From positions 95,170,001-95,234,000 of the forward strand of contig OZ024743.1 in assembly GCA_964016885.1 (NCBI GenBank): a stretch of 64,000 nucleotides of DNA. Direction: 5' to 3'. The translations under genes were made by a program, and so were the position numbers. Shown here piece after piece: positions 1 to 13,380 of the stretch. Source of the DNA: Eledone cirrhosa. Lineage: Eukaryota. Position 1 is the first letter of the stretch. Every line of letters starts with the position of its first letter. The notes below the pieces were generated by a model. It had not been told where the DNA came from and did not search any database. It was given only the letters and a program-made list of their open reading frames with translations.

Positions 1-15
1 TCTCTCTCACACAAT

Positions 16-87
16 GATGTGTTGGTGTAAATGGTAGCACAGTGGTCCGGATAACCAAAGATGTGGGTTCGACTCCCATGTACGTCA
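16..87 (+). ncRNA. tRNA-like cloverleaf (pseudo-tRNA / SINE head)
   Basis: Acceptor gatgtgt/gtacgtc, D-stem gtgt/gcac, anticodon stem tggt/acca, T-stem gtggg/cccat with TTCGACT loop; A box TGGTGTAAATGG, B box GGTTCGACTCC; TTTTT at 97-101. Anticodon loop lacks U33, so probably not a functional tRNA. Confidence 0.6.
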
Positions 88-190
88 ATACTCATCTTTT
101 TCCATCTCTCCGAGGGTTCTTAACCCCACTATGAGGCTAAATAATTTCTTTAATTGCTTTAGTCAAAATACGGCGATAGCTAACATTTCT

Positions 191-388
<198 letters not shown>

Positions 389-445
389 TTCAGGTTATCA
401 ATAATGTAGTGATAATATATCGTTACGTTAGAGATGAACAGAGTA

Positions 446-1809
446 TATATGGTACAACCCGGTCTATAACAACTCTATTAAAACCAATCTACCCTCACAA
501 TTCTTTCGATTAGTTAAAAAACACTTTCCAACATCACATAAATATAATAAAATCTTAAACCCTAACACTATTCGACTTTCATATTCAACCGCCCCTAATA
601 TTGAACAACATATAAAAAAGCTTAACGCAAAACGGTTGTATAAACGCCTTCCAACACATAACAATACACGTAAAACATTAGATATAACATCACAAAACAA
701 CAAACAACATCACGTCCTACCTAAGCAACCTCATCAACCCATCCATGCCAATACAACAACGCAAAATTATAACTGTAACTGTGTCCAACCAGGGATGTGT
801 CCGTTGAACAATCAGTGTCTTGAACGCAACATAATATACAAATGTACTATCGAATCGGATAGACAGAAGTGGTACTATGTGGGATCTACAGCCACCTCCT
901 TCAAATCACGCCTTTATAGACATCGTTACTCGATAAAACATGAAAACCAGCGTTATGTAACAACACTCGCAGACAAGGCTTGACAGCTGCGTGAAAATAA
1001 CCAACAATTTAACCTAAAATGGGATATAATAGCGCTGCCCCTCCATAGTCCCACGGACAGGAATTTTGTAAATTATGTAATATGGAATTATTTTGTATTA
1101 TGAAATCCAAAAACATTTTATTAAATAACAGAATAGAGCGATCGTTATACTGTAACCATCGCTTAAAATCTACATTTTCATATTACAAATACTACCAGGA
1201 TTGAACGCCTGTCTCCATCTCCGTTTGATTGTCAAAATACATATTAACATTCTCTATTAGTCTTAATTCTATCAACTCTTCTATTATTTACCATTTAATA
1301 TAAACTGCTATAGATAAAATGAGATTTCTTAATTCAATTCCCTAATGCATATACCAGCTGGCTACTAGCAATGATGTTATTCAGTAGCAGTCGAAATCTC
1401 CCCCTTCCTTAATTGACACTTTATAATTAATACTACTACACCAAATGACCAGCCCTGTCCATTGTTCAATTGGTCAAGTATAGATTAAAATAGGCACTCC
1501 CAAAAATTCTTATTTAGATAAAATAAACCATTTACTCATTGTATTCTCATTAGAAACCCTTTATATACTTGTTTAGCAGTAAATTGAATTACCATTTGTC
1601 ATATACTATCCCCTCTCTTCTTCCTCTATTACAACTAATATAAATACTTAAATTTTTCTGATTTTTTCCAATTTATCCAAAATCTCTGAAGAAGTGACAA
1701 CTGATTATACATTTGCTATCGAATACTTGCTAACATTATATGATTACGTAAGCAATACCTAATAAATTCCTTTTTTTTAAAAAAAGCACTTTCATTTTAT
1801 ATTCATCTT

Positions 1810-1812
<3 letters not shown>
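446..1812 (+). mobile_element. 5'-truncated Penelope-like element (Naiad-type), thumb/linker + GIY-YIG endonuclease pseudogene and 3' UTR
   Basis: Frame from ~447 reads IWYNP..TNL..FFRLVKKHFP..ILNPNTIRLSYS..PN, CNCVQPGMCPLNNQC, IIYKC, YVGST..FKSR..H; after a TGA (981) and a frameshift it continues CKLCNME..LLNNR.E...CNHR. Flanked by (TA)n on both sides. Confidence 0.85.
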
Positions 1813-1903
<91 letters not shown>

Positions 1904-2120
1904 AGTACAAACTGCCACATAAAAATAAAAACACGACTAGGATCATGCAAAGAAAAGAAATCTAATATACATGACAGTCTTTATTTGTTTTAATCTTTAC
2001 CGACTCTTGACTCTTAGAATTTTAGATTCAAATTTGAATTCAGAGGCAGAATGTATTGAGTGATTTGAAATAAAAATGGTTTAGAGTTTGTCGTCTTGTG
2101 TCGGAAACAGTTTATCTTTC

Positions 2121-2305
2121 ATAATTGTTTCTACTTTAGGCACAAGGCCAGAAATTACCCAGTACATTACTGGTACTTTATTTTATCGACCCCGTAAGGA
2201 TGAAAGGCAAAGTTAACCTCGGCGGGATTTGAACTCAGACTGTAAAGGGACGTAACTATGCTAGAAAGCATGGCGTCCAACCCTCTACCGTTACTGCCAA
2301 TTCAC
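2121..2305 (-). mobile_element. tRNA-derived SINE, Octopus OK-like family
   Basis: Reverse complement has B box GAGTTCAAATCCC and body gttaactttgcctttcatccttacggggtcgataaaataaagtacc...ggccttgtgcc..agtagaaacaattat, shared with about ten other copies in the window. Confidence 0.85.
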
Positions 2306-2365
2306 TTTCATAATACTTGTAAATCTGAGTAGCTGTTACTGAGGAGACAAATAGGATGACACGGG

Positions 2366-2430
<65 letters not shown>

Positions 2431-2442
2431 CTATATATATAT

Positions 2443-2580
2443 AGCGAAGGAGGTGTGGTAAGGAACAAGATGGACCATAACGCACCAGAGTACTCAATAC
2501 TTAGGGTAGTAGAGTGGGTAATAGGAAAATGTTTAACTCCGACGGCAGAGCTCAAGCCGTTTCGATGGCTATTTCTGGAA
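2443..2580 (-). mobile_element. (TA)n-associated short repeat family A (PLE pLTR-like)
   Basis: gtggtaaggaac.agatggaccataacgcaccagagtactcaatacttagggtagtagagtgggtaataggaaaa recurs at 9706, 10771, 10992, 21085, 42071-42270, 53575-53981, nearly always abutting (TA)n. Confidence 0.7.
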
Positions 2581-2609
2581 GTGTCTTTTGAGATACGTTG
2601 TATATAATA

Positions 2610-2749
2610 CTAGCAGAATGGTCCGGCGTTGCTGGGGATTTGCTCTAGGGTTGTTATATATTTGATATATATTTATTATTATCGAGCCTCGTGAAATAAA
2701 TACGTTTGTTTATATTTCGTTTTTGTGTATGCAAAATACGAATATATAA

Positions 2750-2797
<48 letters not shown>

Positions 2798-3053
2798 CAG
2801 TACAGAGAAGTACGGAATACCTAGGCCTCGTGATGGTGTCTACATTTTGTGCTTATAAAATAAATTCGTCGTACATTACCAGGGTTTTTTTTTCCGTACG
2901 AAGAAAATCAATACTTTATCGCGAAATAAGTATTTTTGTTTATATTTTGTTATTGTGTATGCAAAAATGATATATATTTATCCTTATCGAGCCTCGTGAA
3001 ATAAATACGTTTGTTTATATTTTGTTATTGTATATGCAAAAATATCTGTACAC

Positions 3054-3126
<73 letters not shown>

Positions 3127-3487
3127 TAACAGATTAAAGTTTAAGCAAAGAATCGCTGCTTCCACCCTTAACGGGATCTTCTGAAACTAAGATAAAAAAA
3201 TCACTATATACACACACACACATACACACAGAGTCATAATGTCGTAATGCAGACGCCAGACATACAGACAGATATTATAAGGGCGCAACGTTATAACTAT
3301 GTATCTATCTAAAGAGAGAAAGACTAAGAATTATAGAGAGAGATTGCTAAAATTTAAAATTTTGTTTTCTCAAAACACTCACACGACCATAAGTATTACA
3401 TGTGTACAGTTTGAAAACAATCGGTTGGGTGGTTCTCTAGTTTTAGGGAGTCAGACAGACAGACAGACAGACAGACTCTGTTTTAGA
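2610..3487 (-). mobile_element. Non-autonomous Helitron with nested (TA)n-associated inserts
   Basis: Minus strand starts A|TCtaaaacagagtctgtctgtctg and ends ..ccccagcaacgccggaccattctgCTAG|T (hairpin-like subterminal segment, CTAG end, A/T target). 5' part matches 22140-22640. Confidence 0.7.
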
Positions 3488-3724
3488 TATATAGATTATA
3501 TATATATAGATATATTTAAACTTTATTTTATTCTGAGTTAAGGCTCTATTGATTTTTCCCTGGATTTCACAAAATTCTGTGGATAAATCTGTCTTGATTT
3601 TTAAAAAATTGAGTTTGAATTATTTTCCCACATCTTACGTTAACTATTTTTCCATTTTGACGTTATAGTCACTTATATATTATGGAATACTGTTGGCTTC
3701 ACGCTCACAATAATTTCTACTTTC

Positions 3725-3799
<75 letters not shown>

Positions 3800-3803
<4 letters not shown>

Positions 3804-5628
3804 ATTAAATAAATGGAAACTATATTTATAAAACCATATTTATTTCATTATATATATTTCAGGGATATCATATTAACAATATGCTATGCCTTCCTCAGAC
3901 AAAATACAATATAAACAGTTTTATAGATAAATAGATTTGACATACCGTACAACATCGACTTGCATTTGAAAAGTTGAATTGGCAGTGAAAAAATTGTACA
4001 CAGAGAGAAAGAAAGAGAGAAAAAAAAAGAGAGAAAAAAAAAAGGAAAGAAAGACAGAAAACGAAATAGAGAGATGGAAAGATAGATAAAGAGAATAACT
4101 TCATGTAAAGAAACAGAGAGAGATAGAGATAGATATATATATAGAAAACTAGGTAGTGGGACATCCGTTGAGTAAACGTATCATTTATTTATTTATTTAT
4201 TTATTTAGCTCTAGTATTAATGTAAGGGAGATATATGTGGTTAGGAGAGAAACCAGCTGTTATATAGAGAGAAAAATTAAAAAAATTAAAAATAACCAGA
4301 CATAGGCGAGGCATAAAAACCCTATGTTTTAATGTAGAGGTATTAGTATGTATAAAAACCAGCCACTATATTGTAAATATCAGTATTCCTGAGTGAGACA
4401 TGTATCCATAATGTGTGAAAAGTAATGATCTTATGTTTAGTTTTTTAAAAAATTCATATGTTTATGTGATAACTACAAACATCTATGTGAATTTACATGA
4501 TCAACTCTGCAAACCCTAAACTCACGGAAAACATTCTCATTGTGCTATAAAAATTTAAGTATACATATATGTGTATATATATACACACATATATATATAG
4601 AGTCTATATTACTACTATTCTTGTCTTTACTCTACAAGATTATCTATCAAGCAGAAATAGAGAGCAGATTTCAATATATTAATAAAAAAATATATATCAG
4701 AAACAAAAACCAAAAAATAACAATAATAATAATAATAATAATAAATAATAAATAATAATAAAATAGAAAACTAAAAAATATTACGAAAGAATATTACATA
4801 TTAAAAATATTACATATTAAAAATAAAAAATATTAGAAAATACTACAATAATAAAAATAAACCACAAAGATCAACCCTTCAAAATTAATTGACAATATAT
4901 AGCCAAGTTCATTATAAGCATCAGAGTCGAAAAACAGATAAAGCTAAAAATTATTTATCAAATCGCATCTAGCAAAAATCATTTCAAAAAGTTTAGGATG
5001 CCCATTTGGTCTACATGTGTTCTTATATTTAATATAGAAGTTTATCTAGTGTAACGTTTATTCAAAATATTTGGAGCATCAACTTTTAGGGTAGTTTAAT
5101 TTTTCATGAAGAATGTTTAAATAAAATTGTAAATATTTGTAATATTTAAATAAATTGTAAATATTTGTAATATTTAAATAAATTGTAATATTTAAATAAA
5201 AGCATATTGTTAATATGATATCCCTGAAATACATACAATGAAACAAATATGGTTTTATAAATGTGGCTTCCATCCACTTAATATCGCAAATACACTCCAA
5301 ATACTTTTTTTTTTTTTTTTTTTCTCTCTTTCTTTCTCTCTGTGTACAATTTTTTCACTGCCAATTCAACTTTTCAAATGCAAGTCGATGTTATACGGTA
5401 TGTCAAATCTATTTATCTATAAAACTGTTTATATTGTATTTTGTCTGAGGAAGGCATAGCATATTGTTAATATGATATCCCTGAAATATATATAATGAAA
5501 TAAATATGGTTTTATAAATATAGTTTCCATTTATTTAATATTGTAAATATACTCCAAATATTTGTCGAGTGCTTTTATATCAGTTATAAATATTTACTAG
5601 TTGTAACCCAACAATTTTAAATATAACT

Positions 5629-5633
<5 letters not shown>
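3800..5633. mobile_element. PLE remnant with inverted pLTRs (family B)
   Basis: 3800-4040 is the reverse complement of ~5305-5545; both carry a CTGAGGA..GAAA hammerhead core; (TA)n at both outer ends; extra partial copy at ~5200-5300. Confidence 0.75.
5441..5495 (+). ncRNA. Minimal type I hammerhead ribozyme motif (variant apparently lacking nt 17)
   Basis: ttgt-CTGAGGA-aggcatagcatatt/aatatgatatccct (stem II)-GAAA-tata-T-ataa; same motif at ~3850-3902 (-), ~19195-19248 (-), ~19430-19485 (+). Confidence 0.6.
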
Positions 5634-5670
<37 letters not shown>

Positions 5671-5781
5671 TATATTATATACAACGTATCTCAAAAGTCA
5701 CTATCTGTCTTGAATGGCGATGTGTATATGTACTCCATAATAGATTGTAACTTTCGAGGGACTCTGTATACACACACGCGG

Positions 5782-5901
<120 letters not shown>

Positions 5902-6049
5902 ATATATATATATGATGATGGCTGCAACACGATTTAGAGTAATGCCATCGCTTGATACTTAAGCATGAACATGTGGCTCTTTAGTCCTGCTAGGGACTCA
6001 CCCATGGCCAGCAATGCCATGCATCGCAATAAATGTCACATATCAAGCG

Positions 6050-6380
6050 ATGCCTGAGTTTGAAGCTTTTTTAAGTAGAAGAAGGCTTTCCACACAACCA
6101 ATCTCACTCTCTGAAGATCGAATACATTTGACCCAAAAGAAGAACTGGTCTACATCATTGGATGTAAACGAAGTCACAGGTTTTATATCAGAGTGACCTT
6201 CTCCTACAGAGATGTCTTAATGAAGACTCCGATTCTCTCACTCCACAAAAAAAAGAACTTTATTGGATGGCCGTCGATTCTGCTTTTGTATTTCCTCCCG
6301 CAGGGTGTCCCAATTCACCCTCCTCACCAAGCAAGCTTGGTGGGATTGCCGGTTTAGTCACCGACGACTCGACTATGTAC
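6050..6380 (-). mobile_element. RTE-type LINE 5' UTR fragment
   Basis: Minus strand gactaaaccggcaatcccaccaag..cttggtgaggagggtg..gtaggagaaggtcactctgatataaaacc matches 52740-52940; RTE assignment from recalled RTE 5' UTR motif ctaggagaaggaaaactctg. Confidence 0.5.
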
Positions 6381-6382
6381 AT

Positions 6383-6418
<36 letters not shown>

Positions 6419-6618
6419 GATAACAAGTTATCGTTTTAGGTAATCCAGTACTCTGTACTATGGATAGTTTTAACGTACGGCGTTGTTTGACTCAACAAAA
6501 GGTTTCCTTAGTTAGGTAGCGAGTTTGCGAGAATTCTCATGCAGGTTATTGTTGTAGTAATATTAGTGAAAGAGTGAAGAATAACATGGTCGGCTGTACA
6601 AAAAGGGTTTTATTTACG

Positions 6619-6729
6619 GTATTAACAATTGTTTCCTTGATCAGGTGAGTCTAAAGGCCGCTAATCATTTGAAGTTGCGTCATTCGACCTTAAATACAGT
6701 GTTTACCTCTGATCAAATCATCGGAATAT
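6619..6729 (-). ncRNA. Hammerhead-like motif in a (TA)n-flanked PLE pLTR (6417-6729)
   Basis: tatt-CCGATGA-tttgatcag..long loop..ctgatcaag-GAAA-caattg-TT-aata, then AATAAA. Confidence 0.55.
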
Positions 6730-7065
6730 ATATATATATATATTGGATTGGGAAAATATGAAATTTCCAATGCAGAAATAACAATTCTGATAATCATTTG
6801 AATAGCAATGTGTACACTAAAATAGATAATAGCTGAGAAAGTCAGGTAAAATACATCTGGACGGTTAATTATGGACAGAGGTGCCTCTGAAGAATTGAAC
6901 AGATGCCAGCTGGGTGTGTTAACCACTACGCTATAGAGCCGCTGGCCACCAATTCCTATTTTTTAAAGATTTTAGTTCTGTAGCTAGAAATGTAAACAAC
7001 CGTTGATATAGCACTAAGAAACTTTGTAATTTGAAATGTAATTGTTTCAACTGAGAAATAATCAT

Positions 7066-7258
7066 AATAATTGTTTCTACTTTTGGCACAAGGCCAGCAA
7101 TTATCCCAGTGCATTACTGGTACTTTATTTTATCGACCCCGTAAGGATGAAAGGCAAAGTTAACCTCGGCTGGATTTGAACTCAGACCACAAAGGGCCGT
7201 AACTCTTTGCTGCAAAGCATGAAGTCCGACCCTCTACCGTTACTGCCAATCCATCTCC
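7066..7258 (-). mobile_element. OK-like SINE
   Basis: Same body as 2121-2305. Confidence 0.85.
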
Positions 7259-7753
7259 CTCATAATAATAGTCAATCACTATAAACAATAGCTGAGAAAA
7301 TCACTGACCTCGTTATTGATCTTTTCCTAGGTTATCTCAACTATACACTATGATTCACGCTTCCGACATTTCATCGAAATGAAGGGTGATAATCCAATTC
7401 TTAAATAAAGCTGCGCTCAGCGTTCTACACGAAATCATGAAAATGTAGTTCCTTAATGTCTTCCTTCAGTGAAATAGTTATCAACGGCAATCTGTAATTT
7501 AATGTTTAATGAAAAGAACAACTCCCACCCGGGAATTGTTATAAATAAATACATTGTTTGAAGAATTCCTAATTTCGTTTAAAGCTTTCATCTTGTATGT
7601 AAAGATTATTCTCTGTATTACTTCATACATTTCAGTTTTACATCAAACTTTTTGTCTCCCATTAGTCAGTTTCTTTTTAAACCTTAATAACTTCATCTCA
7701 TATGTTCTGCACACATTTTCTCAGACTAATGTACAACTTTATTATTAACACCA

Positions 7754-7945
7754 GGCGGTGGATTAGCAGTATCAGTAGAGGGTCGGACGCCATGCTTTGA
7801 AGCATAGAGTTACAGACCTTGCTATTCTGAGTTCAAATCCCGCCGATGTTAACTTTGCCTTTCATCCTTACTGGGTCGATAAAATAAAGTACGAGTAATC
7901 CACTGGGTAATTGCTGGTCTTGTGTCAAAAATAGAAACAATTATT
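7754..7945 (+). mobile_element. OK-like SINE
   Basis: ggcggtggattagcag..gagttcaaatcccgcc..tagaaacaattatt. Confidence 0.85.
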
Positions 7946-8258
7946 TACAACCTGTTAAAGCCTATATTTTCCATTCTACACAATATTCCTTATTGATTCA
8001 TTTTACAATTTCATTCCTAATACATCCTTTTTGCTCTCGGCATTCATTCTCCCCTCTCTCTCTTTCTTTTGCCCACCCACTTCCTTCATTTCTAATCCAT
8101 CTCTTTTCCCGCCTATTTCTTTCCATTGATCAGCTCTCTCACATTTCTCAAATCTCATCAAAATTTTAAACTTTCTTTTTTCTCTCAATTTTCCTTTTAT
8201 TTCTCTGATGCTATTTCATTCCTCGTTCTCTCCGTGGCCCTCCCTCCGACTTTCTCCT

Positions 8259-8266
<8 letters not shown>

Positions 8267-8303
<37 letters not shown>

Positions 8304-8556
8304 ATTGTTCTTCTCTGTATTATTAAAACTGTAAAACAGTCATGGAATAATACCCTCTACTCGGTTCCTCTCCCTTCCCCTCTCTCTATACTATATACCG
8401 TGTCTCCTCTCACTACTCCTCTCTCCCTACCCCCATTTACTCTTATTTCATCTCCCTCTTTTCTTTTCCTCCTTTTCTGCCCAATATTTTCTCTCCTATG
8501 TTATTTCCTCACGTTATTTTCTCCATATCATTACATCTTTATTTTACTTCCTCCCA

Positions 8557-8646
<90 letters not shown>

Positions 8647-8752
8647 TTATCTATTTATCTATTTATCTCTCTCTCTCTTTCTCTCTCTCACTTTCTCCTC
8701 GCTACCTCTTTCTCTCTCTATCTCTCCCTCCTCTCTCTCTCTCTCTCTCTCT
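8267..8752. repeat. (TC)n/(TATC)n low-complexity tract
   Basis: Direct inspection; explains the SLSLSL ORFs. Confidence 0.9.
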
Positions 8753-9209
8753 GTTACCCACTCTTCCTGATTTCCCCCTCTTCCACCCCCTTTTCCCCAT
8801 TTCTCTGTATGTTCTTCACTCAGAAACTGCTCTAAGAGCTTCACGTGGATGAATTAATTTGAAATAAAATTTCATCATCACAATCCCAAACCACTGACTG
8901 TAGATTTCAACTTGGTGGCTTGTATTACAATTATTACTTCCTAGTTTAACACAATTTTCAATTTATTCCCTACGGCATATATAGTGGCAATCAAATTTGC
9001 TGTACACTAGTTCATTTTCCTGGTCTATTCACGAAACACTCTCTTTTACTCTGTATACAACATTGTATATATGGTTACTTCTCTATGTGGTAGAGTAAAT
9101 TCTTTCCACTATCTGACTGTCCTCAAGTCATATGTGCTTGCATATACGATTGTATACATACATACAAACAAATACACATATATACATACATACAAACAGA
9201 TATATATAT

Positions 9210-9612
9210 GAATGTATATATAGTGTATTTTGCAATACACTGTATGCTTAATTAAAAGCATTTGAAGACCTTACGCTATTGTTTTAGAGTAGTGACAGTC
9301 TCACTTACTTTAATTATCAGCAAACAGGGGGAGATAAAGCTGATAGAGCTCTGTTTCGTACTATTTGGTACTTATCAAAGCTAAGTACTCCACCTGTTTG
9401 TTGAAAATCATGAATGTTTGATTCTTATAGAATTCTAATAATAATCAGGAACTGATTATACAGAGCGGTTGCCGGGCAAGCAGAAATTGAAAATTAGAAT
9501 TGGTGCTCTGAAATAGCGATAGATATATATGAATGTATATATAGTGTATTTTGAAATACACTGTATGCTTAATTAAAAGCATTTTGAAGACCTTACGCTA
9601 TTGCTTTAGAGT
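9210..9612 (-). mobile_element. Hammerhead-bearing pLTR/retrozyme-like unit, partial tandem (family C)
   Basis: 9210-9290 is repeated at 9531-9612 (~320-bp period); hammerhead at 9338-9382 (-); homologous copies at 19640-19760 and 39545-39850. Confidence 0.65.
9338..9382 (-). ncRNA. Minimal hammerhead ribozyme, U3-A8 variant
   Basis: agct-TTGATAA-gtac caaata gtac-GAAA-cagagctcta-TC-agct: stems I and II pair, near-palindromic helix III. Confidence 0.65.
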
Positions 9613-9628
9613 ATATATATATATATTT

Positions 9629-9705
<77 letters not shown>

Positions 9706-9709
<4 letters not shown>

Positions 9710-9898
9710 GAATGAAGTGTAGTAAGGAACCAGGTGGACCATAACGCACCAGAGTACTCGATACTTTGGGTAGTAGAGTGGGTAATAGGAAAATGTTCAG
9801 TATCCCGACGGCAGAGCTCAAGCCGTTTCAACGGCTATTTCTGGAAATAGCCGTCGAAACGGCTTGAGCTCTGCCGTCGGGATACTGAACCTTTTCCT
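9706..9898. mobile_element. Family A fold-back copy
   Basis: Long arm turns at acggctatttc|tg|gaaatagccgt; short inverted arm ends in (TA)n. Confidence 0.75.
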
Positions 9899-10551
9899 AT
9901 ATATATGTATATATATTAAATGTAGTCATCCTAACGAAGAAATTACCATAATATTACTCGATCGCTATAAATCAAAGTTGAGAAGATCAGGTAAAAATTC
10001 CTGGAGATGACACACAGCTGGACAGTGGCGCCTCCTTTATTGAAGGACAGAAAATAAAAGAATGTTCACACACTGTGTTTCTTTGGCCATCTATAACAGA
10101 TTACAGTTTAAGCAAAGAATCGCTGCTTTCATAGTGGGAGATGCCACTATAAGACGTAGTGGCAAGAGAGAAGCACTGAACTCCGCCAATCTACATACAT
10201 AAATTATTTCTCTCAAAACAGCAGCCGACCATGGTTGACCTGCTAACACCACTACCACTACCACCACGGTAAAGTAGGTCAGCTGGACTTGAACATACTG
10301 ATAAAAGCAACTATAACAGGCTGACCTGTTTCTGAAGAATTTCAATAGACTTTCGGCTGGGAAGTGGTATGATAGCTGACCAATGAGGTGGGAGCATATC
10401 CTTTGGACGCTAAAATTCGCTTATTCTTGCCCATATAATTCCAGTTCCTTTGAGGACTAACAACACACTCAGGAGCTGGACATATCGATGAATTAACAGG
10501 ATAGAACACGTTACAACACAATGTTTTCCTGTTTTTTTCTGCCTTAATTCT

Positions 10552-10603
10552 TACTGCCTGATGAGGTCACAGCCAATAATGGCTGTCACTGAAATATATA
10601 CAG
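10552..10603 (+). ncRNA. Minimal hammerhead ribozyme motif in PLE pLTR
   Basis: ctgc-CTGATGA-ggtcacagcc aataat ggctgtcact-GAAA-tata-T-acag; AATAAA just downstream; (TA)n at ~10756. Confidence 0.7.
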
Positions 10604-10770
10604 AAGTGAATTAGAATAAACGAAGCCAACTTTAACCTGTTTGACTTACACATATTATTTTACATTACTCCGGAGTGAACAAACCAGCCTGCGCACTTCG
10701 TTGAATGCTCCAACCTGCATACTAAGGTGTCGGTAAACAACCAATACATACTCAATATATATATATATAT

Positions 10771-10959
10771 AACGAAGGAACTGTAGTAAGGAACCAGATG
10801 GACCATAACGCATCAGAGTACTCAATACTTAGGGTAGTAGAGTGGGTAATAGGAAAATGTTAGACCCCGACAGCAGAGCTCAAGCCGTTTCGACGGCTAT
10901 TTATGGACTGAAATAGCCGTCGAAACGGCTTGAGCTCTGCCGTCGGGGTCTAACATTTT

Positions 10960-10994
<35 letters not shown>

Positions 10995-11130
10995 CGAAGG
11001 AAATGTGGTAAGGAACCAGATGGACCATAACGCACCAAAGTACTCAATACTTAGAGTAGTAGAGTGGGTAATAGGAACAAGTATGACCCCGACGGCAGAG
11101 CTCTGCCGTCGGGGGTCATACTTGTTCCTA
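10771..11130. mobile_element. Two adjacent family A fold-back copies separated by (TA)n
   Basis: Inversion points near 10908 and at GAGCTC 11098-11103. Confidence 0.75.
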
Positions 11131-11163
11131 TATATATATATATATATGTATGTGTGTATATAT

Positions 11164-11237
<74 letters not shown>

Positions 11238-11339
11238 AACTGGCATACGATGAAAGGCATTATAGCTGTGACCATCTTGTCCTTGTTGTCCAATATCAGC
11301 TAGAGCCTCTACTATGAAACTTTACCAATCAACTGGTTG

Positions 11340-11465
11340 GATTTCTCCGACAGGTTTGCGGTTGTACCCTTGGCAGTGGAGACTTCTGGTGTCCTCGGCT
11401 CTAGGGCTACCTCCCTACTCACCACCATAGGCGCTGAGCTGGCCAGCTGCAGATGTGAGTCCCGG
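11340..11465 (+). mobile_element. CRE-clade non-LTR retrotransposon 3' fragment
   Basis: Encodes FAVVPLAVETSGVLGSRATSLLTTIGAELAS (RLE C-terminus); longer copy at 33590-33900. Confidence 0.65.
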
Positions 11466-11639
11466 TGGGTTAAATATATATTAGTTAAATAACACACTGC
11501 ATGTTGAAACTAATGGAAAATAATGTATTCTAAATGAAAAAAAAGACCAGTTTAAGATGTATAGATTATTTGTTTCTAAACATAATCATTCAACCCTGTG
11601 AGTCAAATGTAACAGATTATATAATAATAATAATATTTG

Positions 11640-12150
11640 GGTTGATGGATAAGCAGAATCATTAAAGCGTCTGCAAAAATGATTTGAAGCATTTTTCTGC
11701 GTCTTTCCATTCTGAGTTCAAATCCTGCCGACGCCAACTTTGCCTTTTATCCTTCCACGTTCGATAAAGACTTCCCCTTTCACCCTTCCATGTTTGATAA
11801 AGACTTCCCCTCCTCTCAAATTAGAAACAATTATTTTGTACAAGAAAACTATCAAAGTATAATGACCGTATCAACTTTTGTTTCATGTCGATCTCCACCC
11901 TGTTAGATCTTTATTATTGCACATGGCTACAAAGAACATTGTTACTTTGAACAGTTGGGTGGGGATTTCCAAGGATTATTAGCGCATCGGACTGATTAGT
12001 TTGCGACCATTAGTTATATCCCTTTACGTTCTCAGGTCAACATTGCTTTTCATCCTTACGACATCGATGAAATAATATCCCAGTTAATTACTGGGTCAAT
12101 ATAATCAAATCCCCTTTCACATCCAACTCGCCTCGAGCTAATATTAGAAA
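11640..12150 (+). mobile_element. Two degraded OK-like SINEs
   Basis: ctgagttcaaatcc..aactttgccttttatcc..tcgataaa and ttgcttttcatccttacgacatcgatgaaat. Confidence 0.5.
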
Positions 12151-12252
12151 TAACTAGTAATTTGAACTTAACTAATAAAAATATATTAATGCAATTATAT
12201 AAAATTAAAAGCAAGGGAGTGATTATGGACATTTCTGGGGGGAAATAGACGA

Positions 12253-13296
12253 ATACTATGGAAAGATAGAAGAATGGAACAGGTATACTATGGAAAGATA
12301 GAAGAATGGAACAGGTATACTATGTAAAGATAGAAGAAGGGAACAGGTATAATATGGAAAAAGAGAAGAAGGGAACAGGTATACTATGGAAAGATAGAAG
12401 AATAGAGAGGTATACTATGGAAAGATAGAAGAATGGAACAGGTATACTATCGAAAGATAGAAGAATAAACAGGTATACGATGGAAAGATAGAAGAATGGA
12501 ACAGGTATACTATGGAAAGATAGAAGAATGGAACAGCTATACTATGCAAAGATAGAAGAATGAAACATGTATACTATAGAAAGATAGAAGAAGGGAACAT
12601 GTATACTATAGAAAGATAGAAGAATGGAACAGGTATACTATGGAAAGATAGAAGAATGGAACAGGTATACTATGGAAAGATAGAAGAATGAAACAGGTAT
12701 ACTATGGAAAGATAGAAGATTGGAACAGGAATACTATGGAAAGATAGAAGAATAAACAGGTATACTATGGAAAGATAGAAGAAGGGAACAGGTATACTAT
12801 GGAAAGAAAGAAGAATAAACAAGTATACTATGGAAAGAAAGAAGAATAAACAGGTATACTATGGAAAGATAGAAGAATGGAACAGCTATACTATGCAAAG
12901 ATAGAAGAATGAAACATGTATACTATAGAAAGATAGAAGAAGGGAACATGTATACTATAGAAAGATAGAAGAATGGAACAGGTATACTATGGAAAGATAG
13001 AAGAATGGAACAGGTACACTATCGAAATATAGAAGAAGGCAACAGGTATACTATGGAAAGATAGAAGAATGGAACAGGAATACTATGGAAAGATAGAAGA
13101 ATAGACAGGTATACTATGGAAAGATAGAAGAAGGGAAAAGATATACTATGGAAAGAAAGAAGAATAAACAGGTATACTATGGAAAGATAGAAGAATGGAA
13201 CAGCTATACTATGCAAAGATAGAAGATTGAAACATGTATACTATGGAAAGATAGAATAATGAAACAGATATACTATGGAAAGATAGAATGGAACAG
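12253..13296. repeat. 32-bp minisatellite (tatactatggaaagatagaagaatggaacagg)n
   Basis: Period 32 (tatac at 12284 and 12316); roughly 32 units. Confidence 0.95.
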
Positions 13297-13380
13297 CTAA
13301 GCTATGGATCTATTATAAATCATTGAAAGAAAATAGATTTCAGCAAAATCATTAGAACGTCGGATTAACTTCAGGTGATT

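Noticed and set aside
16-87. Functional tRNA gene
   Set aside because: Anticodon loop lacks U33, several G-U pairs in the acceptor stem, and it is fused to a repeat tail.
981-983. In-frame TGA in the first Naiad-type element as selenocysteine
   Set aside because: It aligns with the Trp of the IW.LK motif (RIWDLK in the 44642 copy), and a frameshift follows, so an ordinary TGG>TGA nonsense change is more likely.
1685-1730. Hammerhead in the first Naiad pLTR (also weak motifs at ~21484 and ~40203)
   Set aside because: TGAAGA is present, but the GAAA, first core base or stems are degenerate; not counted as supported ribozymes.
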